Origin: Epiperipatus broadwayi
Lineage: Eukaryota > Animalia > Onychophora
NCBI GenBank assembly: GCA_028023455.1
Contig: JAQFVV010000002.1
Coordinates: forward strand, 23,684,001 to 23,748,000
Length of the DNA: 64,000 bases
Reading direction: 5' to 3'
The position numbers and the translations under genes are program-made. Below the pieces are notes generated by a model. It made no database searches. It saw nothing but the letters and a program-made list of their open reading frames with translations, and had not been told where the DNA came from. Each line of letters starts with the position of its first letter. Within the stretch, counting starts at the first letter, position 1. Below, in pieces: positions 1-13,199 of this stretch.

Positions 1-430
1 AGAGATAGAGAAATAGTATGGAGAGTAAAAAGAGTTTAAATATATATAGAAATAAACAGAATATTAGGTGTGAGTTAATATATGATAATAGTAAGTAAAG
101 TAGTTTATTGTTTAAGGCTCAAACGGGATCTTTAGCTACAAAAGAATATACATGTAAATGGAAAAATATGGGTGATTTATTTTGTAAATTATATAAGGAA
201 GGAATTGGAAAATATTAGGCATTTTTTAATTGAATGTAAATGTTTGAAAACAGAAAGGATACATATAATGAAGTTGTGGAAAAATAAATATGAAAAGAGT
301 GATTATACAGAAAGTGAATTATTGGTTTTTATGCTGGGTTTGGGAAAAGATAAGGGGGATTTAGATATAAAGGTTATAGAGTTGACAAAAATTATGTTGT
401 GGAAATGGAATAGAGCAGATTATGGGTAAA
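1..430 (+). mobile_element. Non-LTR retrotransposon 3' ORF remnant (C-terminal CCHC-like region), decayed
   Basis: Frameshifted translation reads KKSLNIYRNKQNIRCELIYDNS..LF-KAQTGSLAT then CKLY..ELENIRHFLIECKCLKTER. This resembles the C-x2-C-x8-H-x4-C end of LINE ORF2, with one Cys changed to Tyr. Confidence 0.6.
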
Positions 431-1091
431 TTTAGAGTGGGGAATGTAAAAGAAAGTGGCTAACAGGTTTATCTGGGCATAATTGCTGAGATATTCTTGA
501 CTTCGTTTAAGGAGAAGCCATAATACATCACATCACATTCTGACCTGAAAAATGACTTCCGAAGATGAAAGCCATGCTTGTGGTATATTGAATATCTCTT
601 TTTCCCATTTGTCAGAACTTTTTAAAATCATTTTAAATAATGTTACTAAATATTGCACCAATCCAAAAATTATTTCAACAAATTTTCCTCATCTCACTAC
701 ACTTACAGATGAAAATATTCTTTTAACTTCTTTATTCAGTTCAGTGATGTACTTTATAAATTATCAACCAAGAATACTAAGTTTCCAGTAATTTATGAGC
801 ATAGCAAGAAAAAAATAAATTTTGGAATTTTTTTCTTACGTTTGTTTGAAACCTTGGCAAATCACTTATCATTACAACAGCATCATTATAGATTTTCTCT
901 TATAATTGTATATTTTTAAAGTTGAAATACCACCATGGATAATATCTATGAATTCAACACAATGCTTATGAATGTGTTTTCCTGAGTGTTTGTGATGATG
1001 GTGTTTTAGTTGTATTTATATATTGGACTATTTCCATCATCTAACATAAGTATTGAATGCCTTTAGAAAAAATTAATTTTATTTAAATATT

Positions 1092-1344
1092 AAACCACTA
1101 AACATCACATGCTAGGACATTACTGTTATTAAAACAGACAAAACTCTCCATATAGTAGTGCCACTCAGTGTCAACCAGAGGAATCAATGGATGCCAGAAG
1201 GTTTGTGCATAAAATCCCTATCTAGTGCCTACTCATCCAATATCCCCAGTCTAGTTTCTGGTTTGTGGCCTTCATCAGTGAGGAGCTTTGGATCTGAGAG
1301 CACTGCATTTAGATCTTAGGATCTCTTATGCAGAGTTTTGCCTG
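1092..1344 (-). mobile_element. Family B hammerhead-bearing short retroposon nested in family A
   Basis: Matches other family B copies (aaacaggcaaaactctcc...; ...catgtgatgtttagtggttt). Flanked by tttatttaaatatt at 1078-1091 and 1345-1358. Confidence 0.85.
1243..1284 (-). ncRNA. Minimal type I hammerhead ribozyme motif, family B (triplet mutated to GAC)
   Basis: Reverse complement reads TCCTCA-CTGATGA-AGGCCACAAACCA-GAAAC-TA-GAC-TGGGGA. Stem I is UCCUCA/UGGGGA. Confidence 0.6.
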
Positions 1345-2186
1345 TTTATTTAAATATTCCAAATACATTCAACTGTAAGTAATACCACCCAGGTTAGCAT
1401 ATGCACAACATCCAGGTTCAATTCCCATGCTAGTACTGTTATCAGACCAGCAACATCTGAAGAAGAGGGGAGAATAATATCTCTTGAAACATGCATATAC
1501 TACCAATAGTTGAATGTATTTAGAATCTTTAAATAAAATTATTTTTTTCTAAAGACCTTCAATACTTATATTAGATCGTGGAAATAGTCCAATATATAAA
1601 TACAACTATTGCTTATGAACTTTCCTATTTAAGTATCACGTAAATGCATTTGTAAGTATGTAGATGAAATTGAAACAAATGTAACTATAACTCCCTGTGA
1701 GAGCTATGTATAAACTAATACTCACACAACAGTAGATGAAAGGAATAGAATGATACCAGACATTCTTATAATGTGTTAATAAATGAATACTTAAATAGTA
1801 TCAGGACTAAAAGAATAAGTGGTACCATTTATTTTTTGGATGAATATTAGTTCATACATAGATGATGGGGGGGGGGGCATTACTTCTATTTCAGTTTCTA
1901 AATACAGTTAATAATTGTGAAACATTTCTAAACTCTGTAGTTTTATCAAGTAATATGCGGCTAATAATGTATTTTTATGGCATTATAAATATAACCAAGC
2001 ATATCTAGCATTAAATCCTTCTGTACTTGTTTCAGCAATCTCAAAAATTAAACTTACAGAATGTAAACAGATATAAACATTCCTTCCTAATTACTTAACA
2101 ATTGCACGGTATCAATATAGTTGTTTCTGCTGCAAGAATAAATATCTTCTCCACAACTAAAAAACGTGCACTCATATATTCTAAAG

Positions 2187-3012
2187 CAGGGGTGATGAAC
2201 TTCTAGCCTATATGCCAAGTCTGATCCCAAAAGCTCTCAACCTGGTCACCGTTTTCACAAACGTATATAAAATGGGCATGTACCAAACGTCTATTTAACA
2301 AGCATATAATGCAGTGCAAATATTGAATTAAGAGTTAAAAAAAAAATTTATTTTCTCAACTACATTTTTTTCTCTCTCCAACTGTTGTAATAGTTCTAAT
2401 TCATTCCATCGAGCAGCAATATTCCAACAAATTATTTATATTGCATAGTCTATCTGATTATGGATTTAATCTATGATTCTAAGGGCATTTTGTTTTTAAA
2501 GTGATTTTCACAGACGAATGTATATCTAACAAAAATAAATCTCGAATTTTATTTCATTTTATTACTATTTTGCCTTTTTTTTTTTATTAGGATCATTACA
2601 CAAAATAAGATTGCCACAGAAAATTGTGCATTTGAAAAGAAATTGACCAAAGCATTTTGTGAGAGCAAGTTATTCCAAAAAGAAAACCTATCCACAACAT
2701 AAAAAGAAAGATTAAAATATATGTCATGAAGATAGCTTCAGGGTGGATTAGAAAAAGTTAATAAATATGGTACCGTCATTAATGATGTTATTTTATTTTA
2801 ATTCACAAAAAACTAGGCTCAGTTTTAAAAGAGGAACATTGAAATTGGCTTGCCAGTTGAAAAGGTTGCCCACCTTTAATGATTAAAGATAAATTAATCG
2901 AATTTTTGATCAAATATAGTAGGCTATTTTTTAAATCAATAGTTTTGTATGGCCTGCGAATGAGATTATAAATACCCAAATAGCCTTTGGCAGAAAAAAA
3001 TTCTCATTCCTA
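2187..3012. mobile_element. Non-autonomous hAT (Buster/Tip100-like) element
   Basis: Left end caggggtgatgaactt, decayed right end aattctcattccta. 8-bp TSD ttctaaag (2179-2186) / ttctgaag (3013-3020). Confidence 0.65.
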
Positions 3013-3304
3013 TTCTGAAGCAACATGTTTCTGTAATTAGATGTTCCAATATTTTTCATTTTTTAAATCTTATCACGATAAATCAAAATACTTTGAGCAA
3101 TTTATGTATTTAAAAAAGAATTCAATCAAATATTTTAAATCAATTCCTCACTATTAAATGATATTGAACTTTAAGCAAATTATTTAGGATATTGAAATCA
3201 GCTGAATTCTCTATGGTTTTTTTTTTTTTTTCGTTTTAAAAAAAAAAAGACAACCAATAAAATCATTTAGTCAAAATAAGAGCCATAGATCACATGACCC
3301 TACA

Positions 3305-4289
3305 TTTGTTTTTCTTTTTCATTTCAACAAAAATTTTATTAACAATAAATAGTGATTACATACTAATAAAGGATAGATAAATGAATAAATTGTACAATAA
3401 TATGATTGTATAATGTTCTATTTGTCCTGGCTAGATTTTGTTATGAGAGTGCAATTGTTATACTCTTATGTGGTTAGGTATAGTGATGAGATTCTAAGAA
3501 CTTGTTTAATGGAATAAGCATTTTTTATATAAACATGAATATTTTCTTTTAGAATTTCCTATTCTATAATGCTGGGTAGGTGGGAGTTGATAATCAGGAA
3601 AAGGAAAGAGCAGTTAAAGACCAGGTGTCATCAAAGACTTTACTGGAGGCCAGGAGCTGGTCACGTTTCTTGATTTTTTTAAGCGTTTGATAAAACAATA
3701 GTATGATTTGTGGCGGGGGTAATTCCATGAGAGTTTTGCATCTCACTATCCATATGGAATAAAGGACAAAGGTAGAAAGCCTTATTATTGGGAAAAACCC
3801 ATTGTGAATGGCATTTTCAAGTGAGAAAATCATATCAGGTCTTATGTTGGAATTGATTATAATTATATCTTTCAGTGTTTTAAGACTTGGGCACCGGTGT
3901 ATAATATGGTCTATGGTTTCATCTTCACGAGCACACAGACCACATATAGGGTCAATGCTGGTAAAACCTCTTCGATGATAAAGGAACCAATTCGTGGGAA
4001 GCGCATTAAGATTTATTTTAATGATGAAGTCAAGGAATTTGGGTTCCAGACTCCATCTTTTGAAGTGTGAAATGAGTCTTTGGTTGGTTACTTTTAGGCT
4101 GGTTTTAATGGGTTGTTGATTATAGTTGATTATATTGTATGCTTCCCATAAGGTGATTTTTTTGTTAAGGTTAAAGGGCATTATTGGGTTATAAAGTTGT
4201 AGGTGGTCTATTAGGGAGGCTATCCATGAACTGGCAGAGGGTGGAGGATGATCTGTCGGTGTAATTTTTTTTTTTAAGTCTGTTTCCAA
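3305..4289 (-). mobile_element. 5'-truncated L1/Tx1-clade LINE: ORF2 C-terminus (zf-RVT), 3'UTR and A-rich tail
   Basis: ORF 3594-4289 contains KINLNALPT...CGLCAREDETIDHIIHRC (CCHC). AATAAA on the minus strand at 3335-3340 is followed by an A-rich tract at ~3306-3320. Confidence 0.8.
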
Positions 4290-4434
4290 GTATTATGTCA
4301 TAATAGCTAATTTTAAAAATGCTAAATACAGATTTTAATTTGTGTATTTAAATTTTTCCTTTTTGACTTGGGTCACTATGATTTGCTATGGCATTGTTAA
4401 AGAAGAATCAGTTATATAACATTTATCCATTTTA

Positions 4435-4613
4435 AACAGGCAAAAACTCTCCATATAGTAGTGCCACCTTGTGCTAACCAGAGTAATCAATGGATGCCAG
4501 AAGGCTTGTGATTACACTGGTTAGCACAAGGTGGCACTACTATATAGAGAGTTTTTGCATGTTTACTAACAGTTATGTGCTAGCATAAGATGGTGATCAT
4601 GTGATGTTTAGTG
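4435..4613 (+). mobile_element. Family B copy (hairpin form)
   Basis: Inverted cap aaacaggcaaaaactctcc..., complementary arm and 3' tail ending ...gatgtttagtg. TSD atttatc(c)atttta at 4421-4434 and 4614-4626. Confidence 0.85.
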
Positions 4614-4758
4614 ATTTATCATTTTATTTAGATGGGATTTACACTCTATAACATATGCTGTATTATTGTGCTAATATCTCAATGATGGTTTGTTGAGTAT
4701 AAAGAGTACTCTCAAACCAAAGCATAAGATTAGAGACTTTGAAAAGATAAGAGCAGCT

Positions 4759-5262
4759 AAAAAATAGTCATAAATCACATGACTCCACTTCTTTTTTAAG
4801 TTTGTGGGAAATATACAAAGAGCTTTGCTAATTGCTCAACAAGCTTTGAAATAAATGCTTAACAAGAGAAAGCATTTAAAATATCTCTATCTGAACCCCC
4901 CCCATCCCTTGACCAATGGTTTTTATGCTTTTGGCACTCCTCAGAGAGGCACTAAGACTTCTAATATATGGTTTGGCTAAAGATCTCTCAGCCCCATATA
5001 GCTATTTGAGTTAGATAGCTGGGTTTGAAGACATTTAGGTGTCTGAAAACTTCATTTTCTACTCAATAGTCAACTCTTAGATAAATGCTGGCTTTGGGTT
5101 GGTGTTTTTAGATCTAGTGTCTGAAGATATCCTAGCGCCTCTCTGAGGAGTGCCAAAAGCATGAAACCATTGGTCAGGGGATGGGGTTTCAGATAGAGAT
5201 ATTTTAAATGCTTTCTCTTGCTAATCTCAAAGCTTGTTTAGCAATTAGAAAACTCTTTATGT
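4759..5262 (-). mobile_element. Family C fold-back retroposon (PLE-type architecture)
   Basis: Inverted arms of ~125-135 bp at ~4820-4945 and ~5135-5260, with ~60 nt unpaired tail on the left. TSD ataaga(g/t)cagct at 4747-4758 and 5263-5274. Confidence 0.7.
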
Positions 5263-6398
5263 ATAAGATCAGCTGACTTATGTTTGTACTTAAATTCACT
5301 TACATAAACCAATCTAAAACATCTTTGATTGAGAGCATGTAGTTCTTCTGTTAATCTCTTCACATCACATCTTTTTAAAGTCTCTATCTTGTGCTTTGGT
5401 TGGAGAGTATTCTGTGTCCTCAACAAAACATTGTTGAAATATTAAAACAATAATACAGTGTATATGTATTGGATGTAAATCTCTTCTGTTTAAAATTGCA
5501 TATGAAAACTACGCTAATAAATTAAATAAAAAATAACTTTTATCAATATTTTTTTCCATTTTGAAAATACAGTAATTCTAAAAAAAAAAAATTATACAAA
5601 ATACCCACAATATAAAACAAAGAGAAGACTAAAATATTATTCTGATCTTGTTGACATATGATAAAGCTTAATAAAAATATTTTTAATAAAACTTGTATGA
5701 CAATATCGAATTTACCATATTACATAATTCATCCAGGACATGAGACAAAATATTTTATTATAAATATCTTTGAAACACTATCATATCACACTGGTATGAC
5801 ATTATATCACTTTGTTAATTTAATTGCAACATTGTTTCTGATGAGAAAAAAAATACTGCGTAGTGAGTATATTCAAATTACATTATTGCAGCAAACAATG
5901 GCGGAACTTCTTATTACTGTATCCAATTCAAAAATTGTTTCCATGGTGACAATACTATAAAACTACTGTGTATACCTTTGAATTACTGCAATACCACTCT
6001 AGCAAGTAAAACTACAGAATAACCTATAATTTCACAGATTTAAAAAAACAATTTCTTACACTGAGACAAAATATTGTATATGCTATTAAGTATATCTTTG
6101 AATTAGTGTCACACGATGCCAGCAAACAATTGTATAATTTTTTATATAACAATATGGATTTCTTTTTTTTTTTAAATTAGTGCTTATGTTTTATATATGT
6201 GATTAAACAATATTATACAAGGTCTTCAATTTGAAAATGATGGATTAGCTGTATTCAAAAGAACTATTAAATAAACAAACACTTAACATTGCACATTTTT
6301 ATGGAAAAAAAGTTAAAAAAAACTAATATGATAAATATAAAAATATATAAAAATGAAAATGTGACTACAATAAGAGAAAGCAATGTGTCCCTTGTCAA

Positions 6399-6470
6399 AC
6401 GTTGGTGGCCTAGCAGTTAGCATAGCTGCCTTCCAAGCAGCTGACCAGGATTCGCTTCCCAGTCAATGCA
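6399..6470 (+). pseudogene. tRNA-Gly(TCC)-derived pseudogene/cassette, copy 1
   Basis: Colinear with canonical tRNA-Gly-TCC (GCGTTGGTGG...GCTGCCTTCCAAGCAG...CCAACGCA). The D-loop GG and T-loop GGTTCGA are mutated. Flanked by tgtcaa and tttgaca. Confidence 0.85.
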
Positions 6471-6739
6471 TTTGACATAAGAAAATAAACAATGCTCCCT
6501 TAACTCCTACAGATAACATACCACTGAAATGTATGCATGTTACATTTTCTATATAAAGACAGAATACAAAAGTGTCTGAAAATCAATACTATTTGATAGT
6601 TTGCTATTGTTTGTCAACATCCTAACATCTGAATTATAATAAATAATTGGTAGTTAAAAACAACATTTTTATTCTCCATTCATTTGACATATAATAAAAG
6701 ATACCTGAACAGAGGGAAGTTAGTAATTACAAACACCAT

Positions 6740-7262
6740 TAATACAAATGGAGACATAACAGATTAAATTAATCATAGAATTAAACTTGGATGGAGTGCT
6801 TTTCTCAGAAATAATAGGATTAAAAGGAAATATGTCTATATGTTTGAAATATAAGCTTTTCAAAGGGTGTGATTTACCATTTCTTACTTATAAATCTGAG
6901 ACTTGGGCATTTAACAGAATAGTATTTCAGAGACATCAGGCCACTCACTAAAATATGGAGAGATGTATATTAGAAAGATACATGGGTGAGGGTACAAGTA
7001 TCATTGACATGATTAAAAGAATACAGTCTGAAATGGTGGGCTGGACATATTTCTAGAAAGATAGTAGATAGTTGAAGTTTTAAATTATATCCCAAGAGAT
7101 TATAAAAGACCCAGAATGAGACCACATGTGAGATCGATAGCTGAAATAAGGAAATTTGCTAGTGTGTTTGGGAAAAAAGAGGCTAGAAACTGGATTAAAC
7201 TTGGAGAGATCTTCATCCTGCAGTGAATTCAGTTGGTAATGTTTGGAAATGATGATGATGAC
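6740..7262 (+). mobile_element. RTE-clade LINE 3' fragment, decayed
   Basis: Aligns by eye to the copy at 9323-9810 (LKGNMSICL...SETW...WAGHI). Ends in a (gat)n tail. Confidence 0.8.
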
Positions 7263-8384
7263 TTGGATATAGATAAATTATAAAAATATACTAAAGGTAG
7301 AAGATTGGCATTAGTGCTATATTATAAATAAATAAAAAAGTGAAAAAATTTATTATTAACAAATATATATAACTAATGTTAGAATTAAAAACATGACATA
7401 CAGAGAAATTTATTAAATGACTTATTAAACAATCGCAGATGTAAATATTTCAAGTTCATTTCTCTGCAATTAGATATGTGTTAAGAAAATATTTTTTATA
7501 AAAAAACAAAAGCAAATACTAAATAAAATAAATATTTTAACGTCGCTGTGGCAGATTTTAATACTAAAATTGGCAACCAATTGAAAGAAAAGGAGGTATA
7601 TATAGCTAAAACATTGTTTTCAAAACATTCACCCTGATTTAGATACATATGATAAAATTTAAAACAGCAAGAACAGGTAACTAAGAATTACTAACACAAA
7701 TCATAGAATGATGTGCGCGCATACATCTGTTTTTAACAGCTAACAAGTTATGCATAGAAACTGATATGAATTATTAATTGAAATTAAATAAGGATTTAAA
7801 AAGCAATGTTTTATTTATTTATTCTTTTCTTTGAGAGAGAAAAAAAACATTTTATTAAATTTCTGTCTAATTTATTTTAAAGTTGATTAGTTGTTTTCCA
7901 AAGCGAATGCTTTTGCTGCGTAAAAAAAGATTAGTTTTAAAAAATAAAATCGCGAACAAAGAATCTTCTGATTAAATCCTGTAAAGGTGTTAATGAAAAT
8001 TCTCTGTTCCAGAATTCCACCTATTCACTATGAACTATATGCAAATGACACCTTCGATTAAAGTTCTTATAAAGATGAAAAGATAAATAAATTTGCATAT
8101 AAAAAAATATGTTTTTCCATCTAAAGTTTTTTATGGGCTGAAGTGTCAAAAATTTAATGAAAACATTATGATAATGAATAACTAATTATTTTGAAAATTA
8201 AAAAAAAAAAGTTTTTTCCTTCTAAATTTAATATCACCAATTAATAAAATCTTGAAACTAAATTTTCAAAAGATATTAGGTGCAAAAGTAAACTGAATAG
8301 CTGCCTACAATTATTTTCCTTTTTAATTCACAAACTGAGATAAGCGGTATACATATGTTGCATTCTAAAATAATGACTATAGTT

Positions 8385-8990
8385 CATCATTATCATCGTC
8401 ATTCATTGTCAATCCACTGCAGGATGTACTTCTTTTCGAGTTTAATTTAATTTCTCTGTTCCATAACATCACATCAGCAAACATTCTTTTTTCATCCATC
8501 CATCTCACATCTTGTCTCCTTCTAGGCCTTTTACAATCTCTTGGAATCCCATTTAAAGTTTCAACTATCTACTTATTATCATTTCTTCTAGAATTATGTC
8601 CATTCCCGCCCCATTTCAGTTTATTAATTATTTCAATGACGTCAATGATAACTGTTTGTTCTCTAAACCATGAATTTTGTTTTCAGTCTCTTCTTGTTAC
8701 TCCTAAAATACATTTGCCCATACTTTAATGAATATTCTGAATTCTCTGTATTAATATTCTGTTGAGTGTCCAAGCCTCATATCCATAAGTAGTAACTGGT
8801 ACATCACGTCTATTAAAAAACCCTTTTCAAACACAGACATATTTCCTTTTAGTACTACGTTATTTCTACTATAAACATCCCATTCAAGTTTAATTCTATG
8901 ATTAATATCAAACATTATTTTCATATGTATTAATAATCTAATCAAGATATCTGAAGTTATTAACCTCGGATTAATCAAAGATTAAAAACA
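8385..8990 (-). mobile_element. RTE-clade LINE 3' fragment, decayed
   Basis: Reverse complement of the same RTE 3' end (INHRIKL...LKGNMSV...). (gat)n-like tail at ~8385-8400. Confidence 0.8.
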
Positions 8991-9322
8991 ATACAAGCAA
9001 TCAGGATTTCACTTTTGGCATACCTTTAAACTAACCGTGCTAAATTATTTTGGAAGGATTGTTCTCAGATATAAGATGGAAATGCAGTTAAAAAAATATT
9101 CAAATCGGAATAAATTATAATCTGAGGAAGTAATATTTTCTGAATGCCTCAATCCATCATTATATATATATATATATTTAGAAATTACTCAGTTGATTAT
9201 GAAGAAGCCGACTTATTTTATTCATTATGTAGAAGTTTATCATTCTATAAATGTTTTTAACGTATTTTGAATTTGTAAATTATATTTTAATAAAAGTATA
9301 GTGTGCTTTTGATAGAAATAAC

Positions 9323-9810
9323 TTGATACTAAAAGGAAATATGCCTATGTGTTTGAAAAGGATGGTTTTTAACAAATGTGTTTTACCAGTTCTTACTTAT
9401 GGATCTGAGACTTGGACACTTAATAGAAGAGCAATACAGATACTTCAGACCACTCAAAGGAGTATGGAGAGATGTATGTTGGGAGTAACAAGAAGAGATC
9501 GAAAACGCAATGTATGGGTAAGACAACAAACAGGTGTTACTGACCTTATTGAAAAAATTAAAAGATTGAAATGGAGTTGGGCTGGACATATTGCTAGAAG
9601 AGATGATAATAGATGGACAATTGAAATTTTATACTGGATTCCAAGAGATTGTAAAAGACCCAGAAAGAGATCACATGTGAGATGGATGGATGAAATAAGA
9701 AAATGTGCAGGTGTGTTGTGGAGAAGAGAAGCTAAATATCGGAGAAGATGGATTAAATTTGGAGAGACCTTCATCCTGCAATGGATTGATAATGGTTGAT
9801 GATGATGATA
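9323..9810 (+). mobile_element. RTE-clade LINE 3' end with an open 158-aa RT C-terminal frame
   Basis: Translation VFNKCVLPVLTYGSETWTL...QRSMERCMLGVTRRDRKRN...LKWSWAGHIARR.DNRW...W.PRDCKRPR...RWMDEI is the typical RTE C-terminus. (gat)n tail at ~9797-9810. Confidence 0.9.
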
Positions 9811-9840
9811 GTGTATATACTAAATTTTAGATGTAATTAA

Positions 9841-9950
9841 AAGGGATTTGAACACAGACTTACAGACTCGTGTGTATCGATTATATAAGATGGAGTGGAT
9901 AGCTGAAGGGAGATTGAAAGTCTGTGTTCAAATCCCTTCAAATTATATTT
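9841..9950 (+). mobile_element. Family G 3' fragment with inverted cap
   Basis: aagggatttgaacacagact at the left is the inverse of agtctgtgttcaaatccctt at the right. Related to 18973-19130 and 51513-51905. Confidence 0.65.
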
Positions 9951-10085
9951 TAATATCAAAAGTATATTTTGGGTAGATCTAAGTATTGTTTTTCTACATA
10001 AATAATACATGTTGCATCATTACTAATTATATATTACTATAGTTTAATTTCCAATAAGTTAAACGCATACATACATTTAGTTAGT

Positions 10086-10636
10086 GTTTTCCTTAAGATT
10101 TGCGATGATGGTGTTCTAGATGTATTTTTATATTGGACTATTTCCATCATCTAATATGCATATTGAATGTCTTTAGAAAAATTTAACTTTAAATATTCCA
10201 AATACATTCAATTGTTAGTAATAGCACATCAAATAGATTAGTATATGCACAGCATTTTGAGAAGTATTATTTTCCTCTCTTCTTCGGGTGAGGTTGGCTT
10301 GATCAGTGACAGTACTAGCATGGAATTCAAATCTACGCCCTTAGATTCTTGAGTATTGTATTTTAAGGTAATGCTCTAACTAAAATTTAAAGAAGCTGCT
10401 CACATGACAATGCCAAAAAGTCCCATAAGCCAACCTAGTGTGACTATACATAATATATGGAAACCACTAATCAATTGCTCTTAGAAAAAAATGGAGAAAT
10501 CAGGAGTAACCTCATAGATAAGTGTATGAGATTTCTAATGAGTGTTGCCTTTGGAAGGATGGTTCAGTTGGTTAGAGCATTACCTTAAAATTCAAGAATC
10601 TAAGGGTCCAGGTTCAAATCTCATGCTAGTACTGTT
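10086..10636. mobile_element. PLE P1 locus a: minus-strand pLTR (family A) joined to plus-strand ORF 3' end and tRNA-like pLTR head
   Basis: Minus pLTR at 10086-10385. From 10383 the plus strand translates KFKEAAHM..PKSPISQPSVTIHNIWKPLI (PLE C-terminus). The P1 3'UTR and the tRNA-like head (10557-10622) follow. Confidence 0.75.
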
Positions 10637-10777
10637 TTACTTACTATTTATGAATTTATAACTCATTCTATTGATTTTGGTTTATAAGAGGGTTTAATTC
10701 TAAATAAATATTTCAAAATATGGTATAATTTTTAGTATTTATACCATTTTCACTTTTAAAATGATAAATTTGTTTAA

Positions 10778-10848
10778 GCATTGGTGGACTAGTTGTTAGG
10801 ATAGCTGTTTTCTAAGCAGTTGTCCTGTGTTCGTTTCCGGTTGACGCT
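10778..10848 (+). pseudogene. tRNA-Gly-derived cassette, copy 2 (retroposed)
   Basis: Degenerate tRNA-Gly followed by tttgacatatataaaaaa. 12-bp direct repeat gataaat(t/a)tgtt at 10763-10774 and 10866-10877. Confidence 0.7.
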
Positions 10849-11053
10849 TTGACATATATAAAAAAGATAAATATGTTAATGAGTGTTGACCCTGTAATGA
10901 ATTAAAATATTCTATTATTGAAATAAAATTACTGCAGTAAATTGAATGCTGATTTTAATGTAATTTTGTAAATAGAAACTACGGAATCTTTTTGTTATAA
11001 TATAGTGGGGAAACTGTTCTATATTATCCTATCCATTCTAATGAATATTTAAT

Positions 11054-11240
11054 TCTAAAGGTAAAGATTCTGGGATTGATTCCAAAGTTATTTCTAGTTT
11101 TAACTATTGATAAGAATAGTAAGAATAGTTAGTTTCACAGATAAAGATTCTGGGGTTGATTCGAAGATTATCTGAAGTTTCATCCATTGTCAAGAATAGT
11201 TACTTCTAAAGATAAAAGTTTCGGGAGTTCATTCCAAACA
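11054..11240. repeat. Diverged tandem repeat, ~70-80-bp unit, ~2.5 copies
   Basis: Recurring (a/g)taaagattctggg.ttgatt...aagaatagt. Confidence 0.6.
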
Positions 11241-13199
11241 AAGGAAATGAATAAAAATATTTCAGTCTTATTGAATGAAAAAAATTAGCTTTGCACTGTG
11301 CTGTTTGAATCGGAAAAGCAATTATTATGTGAAGAAAAAGGTAATTTTATGCCTATCACATAATTCTTTTCATTTTTAGAAAATGAATGCACACTATTCA
11401 CTAACTAAGGCAATATATGTTTAACTTTATACAAATAATAATAATATTTCAGCACTGAACTAAAGCTCTATATTTTTATGAAAACTCATATATATATATA
11501 TTTAATTATCAATTTATAAAATATATTTTTTAAAATTGCATTTCTAAAATTTATCACCGATATACAAGTATTAATAGTAATAAAAAGCTACAAATGAAAT
11601 TATATCTCAATAATAATATTTCCATGTTTCATCAGGAATCCAATCGACGAACTTCATTGTATTGCAAAATAATGCCGCAAAGTCATTACAATAGAGAATT
11701 CAGAATAAAATTCCATTAACTCTCTTGTCAAAGTTTAAAAAAAAAATATTGTCTTTTCTCTTGTATCTCTGGTAATTAAATGTTCATAAAAACTGTTGAA
11801 ACATAAACAGAGTAGCTGCTTTCATAGCAATAGCTGTAGATAATTTTAATAATTATTTAAATTTACCATACAAATATAAAAAATATTTCTGCTCTCTTAC
11901 ATTGTCAGTGATTGGTGAATAAATACAAACTAAAAGCTTAAAGCACAAATGTAAAAAAAAATAATTCAATTTTCGATGGATTTTATTATATATATGTATT
12001 TTTAGCATATTTGAATAAATACTTTTTCACTTTAATGGTTTTTTTTTAAAATAATAAAATATTTTAATTACGTTATTTTTTTATAGCTCAGATTACGTTC
12101 GCATTGCAACTACCACGAGTGAGTAATATTTTCAGTAATAATGAAGTAATTACGGTCTACTAACTATCCCGGTTGCGATTTAATCCAATACTGATGTATT
12201 TAAAGTCAATTCGATTCAATAAAGTTTCATTTTCTTGGTGATAACAAGTCTAAAATTAAAATAAACCAAGGGCTCAGTACAATTGTTTCATGGTATCTTT
12301 ATACTAGCGTATGTATATTGTCAATATGATTTGCTTGCACTTGCTTGTTGCAGTAGCAGACAAGTTTAAAGTCCCATAGGCCTATTAACTCCTGTGCTCA
12401 AACTTCTGGTGACCTCCTGAACAATTACGACATTTGATTATTTGTTATTAACACATTAATTTTCACCGGCTAGCTCAAATAAGTTAGAATTTTTCTTTAT
12501 TCGTTAGTTAAGAATAAGCAATATTGAATGATTATCTGACATGGCTGCAGACTGGTTCTTGATAATTAAGCAATTCCTCAACTATTTGAAAGAAAGTTTC
12601 AATCCTTATTCTGAGTATGCACTCTAGTTTCATAAGTATAGAAGATTATGTACTAACACTATTTGACAAGTTATATTTATCAAGCTTAATTTTCAGAAAA
12701 CATTTGCTGGGCATATTAATTTCTTCTATGGCTACATAAAAAAACGTTTATGATTACAAAATAATAGCAAAATATTTTTAGGAAGCAAACAAAAATATAA
12801 TCAAATAATTAGTTGCAATGGGGGTCATGTGACATTCAAACATCATAAGTGATAAGTTGAGCTTCAATGCAGAAACTGCAGTAAACTTTACCAGTGAAAG
12901 GAATCAAATTATATGACATAAATTATAATTTATATTTATGTGTGTCCAAAAAATATTGAAGCAACAGCAAAATTTACAATTACATTATAAACTTTATTAT
13001 ATTATTTACATTTATTTTGTTTCCACTTTTACTATAATGGTTTTCACAACAGTTTACAGTACTCTATAATACAGATATGAAAATGCAATATGGATTTGTG
13101 ATGGTAGAATTTTTCAGTTCAAAGAAAGATCTCCAGAATGTTCTTAATGTAAAGAATACTATGCACAAAAACTTTTGGTTTAACAATTAATGTTCAAAA

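Larger units (their letters stand above)
973..1609 (-). mobile_element. Family A (PLE P1 pLTR) solo insertion with inverted cap, interrupted by a family B element
   Basis: Minus-strand pLTR 3' end with tail at ~975-1091 continues at 1359-1410. A plus-strand inverted cap follows at ~1410-1607. TSD tgcttatgaa at 963-972 and 1610-1619. Confidence 0.8.

Noticed and set aside
450-790. Protein-like minus-strand reading (…SDKWEKEIFNIPQAWLSSSEVIFQVRM…) with a gtaagt motif
   Set aside because: In-frame stops, no consistent exon structure and no recognisable family.
4435-4613. Family B as a Helentron/DINE-1-like element (subterminal inverted repeats)
   Set aside because: All six copies have 10-14-bp TSDs, which such elements lack.
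5005-5060. Hammerhead-like words in family C (ttgaagaca...tgtctgaaaac)
   Set aside because: Core spacing, stem I and the triplet could not be assembled.
6399-6470. Functional tRNA-Gly gene
   Set aside because: The invariant D-loop GG and T-loop/B-box bases are mutated, and the acceptor stem has mismatches.
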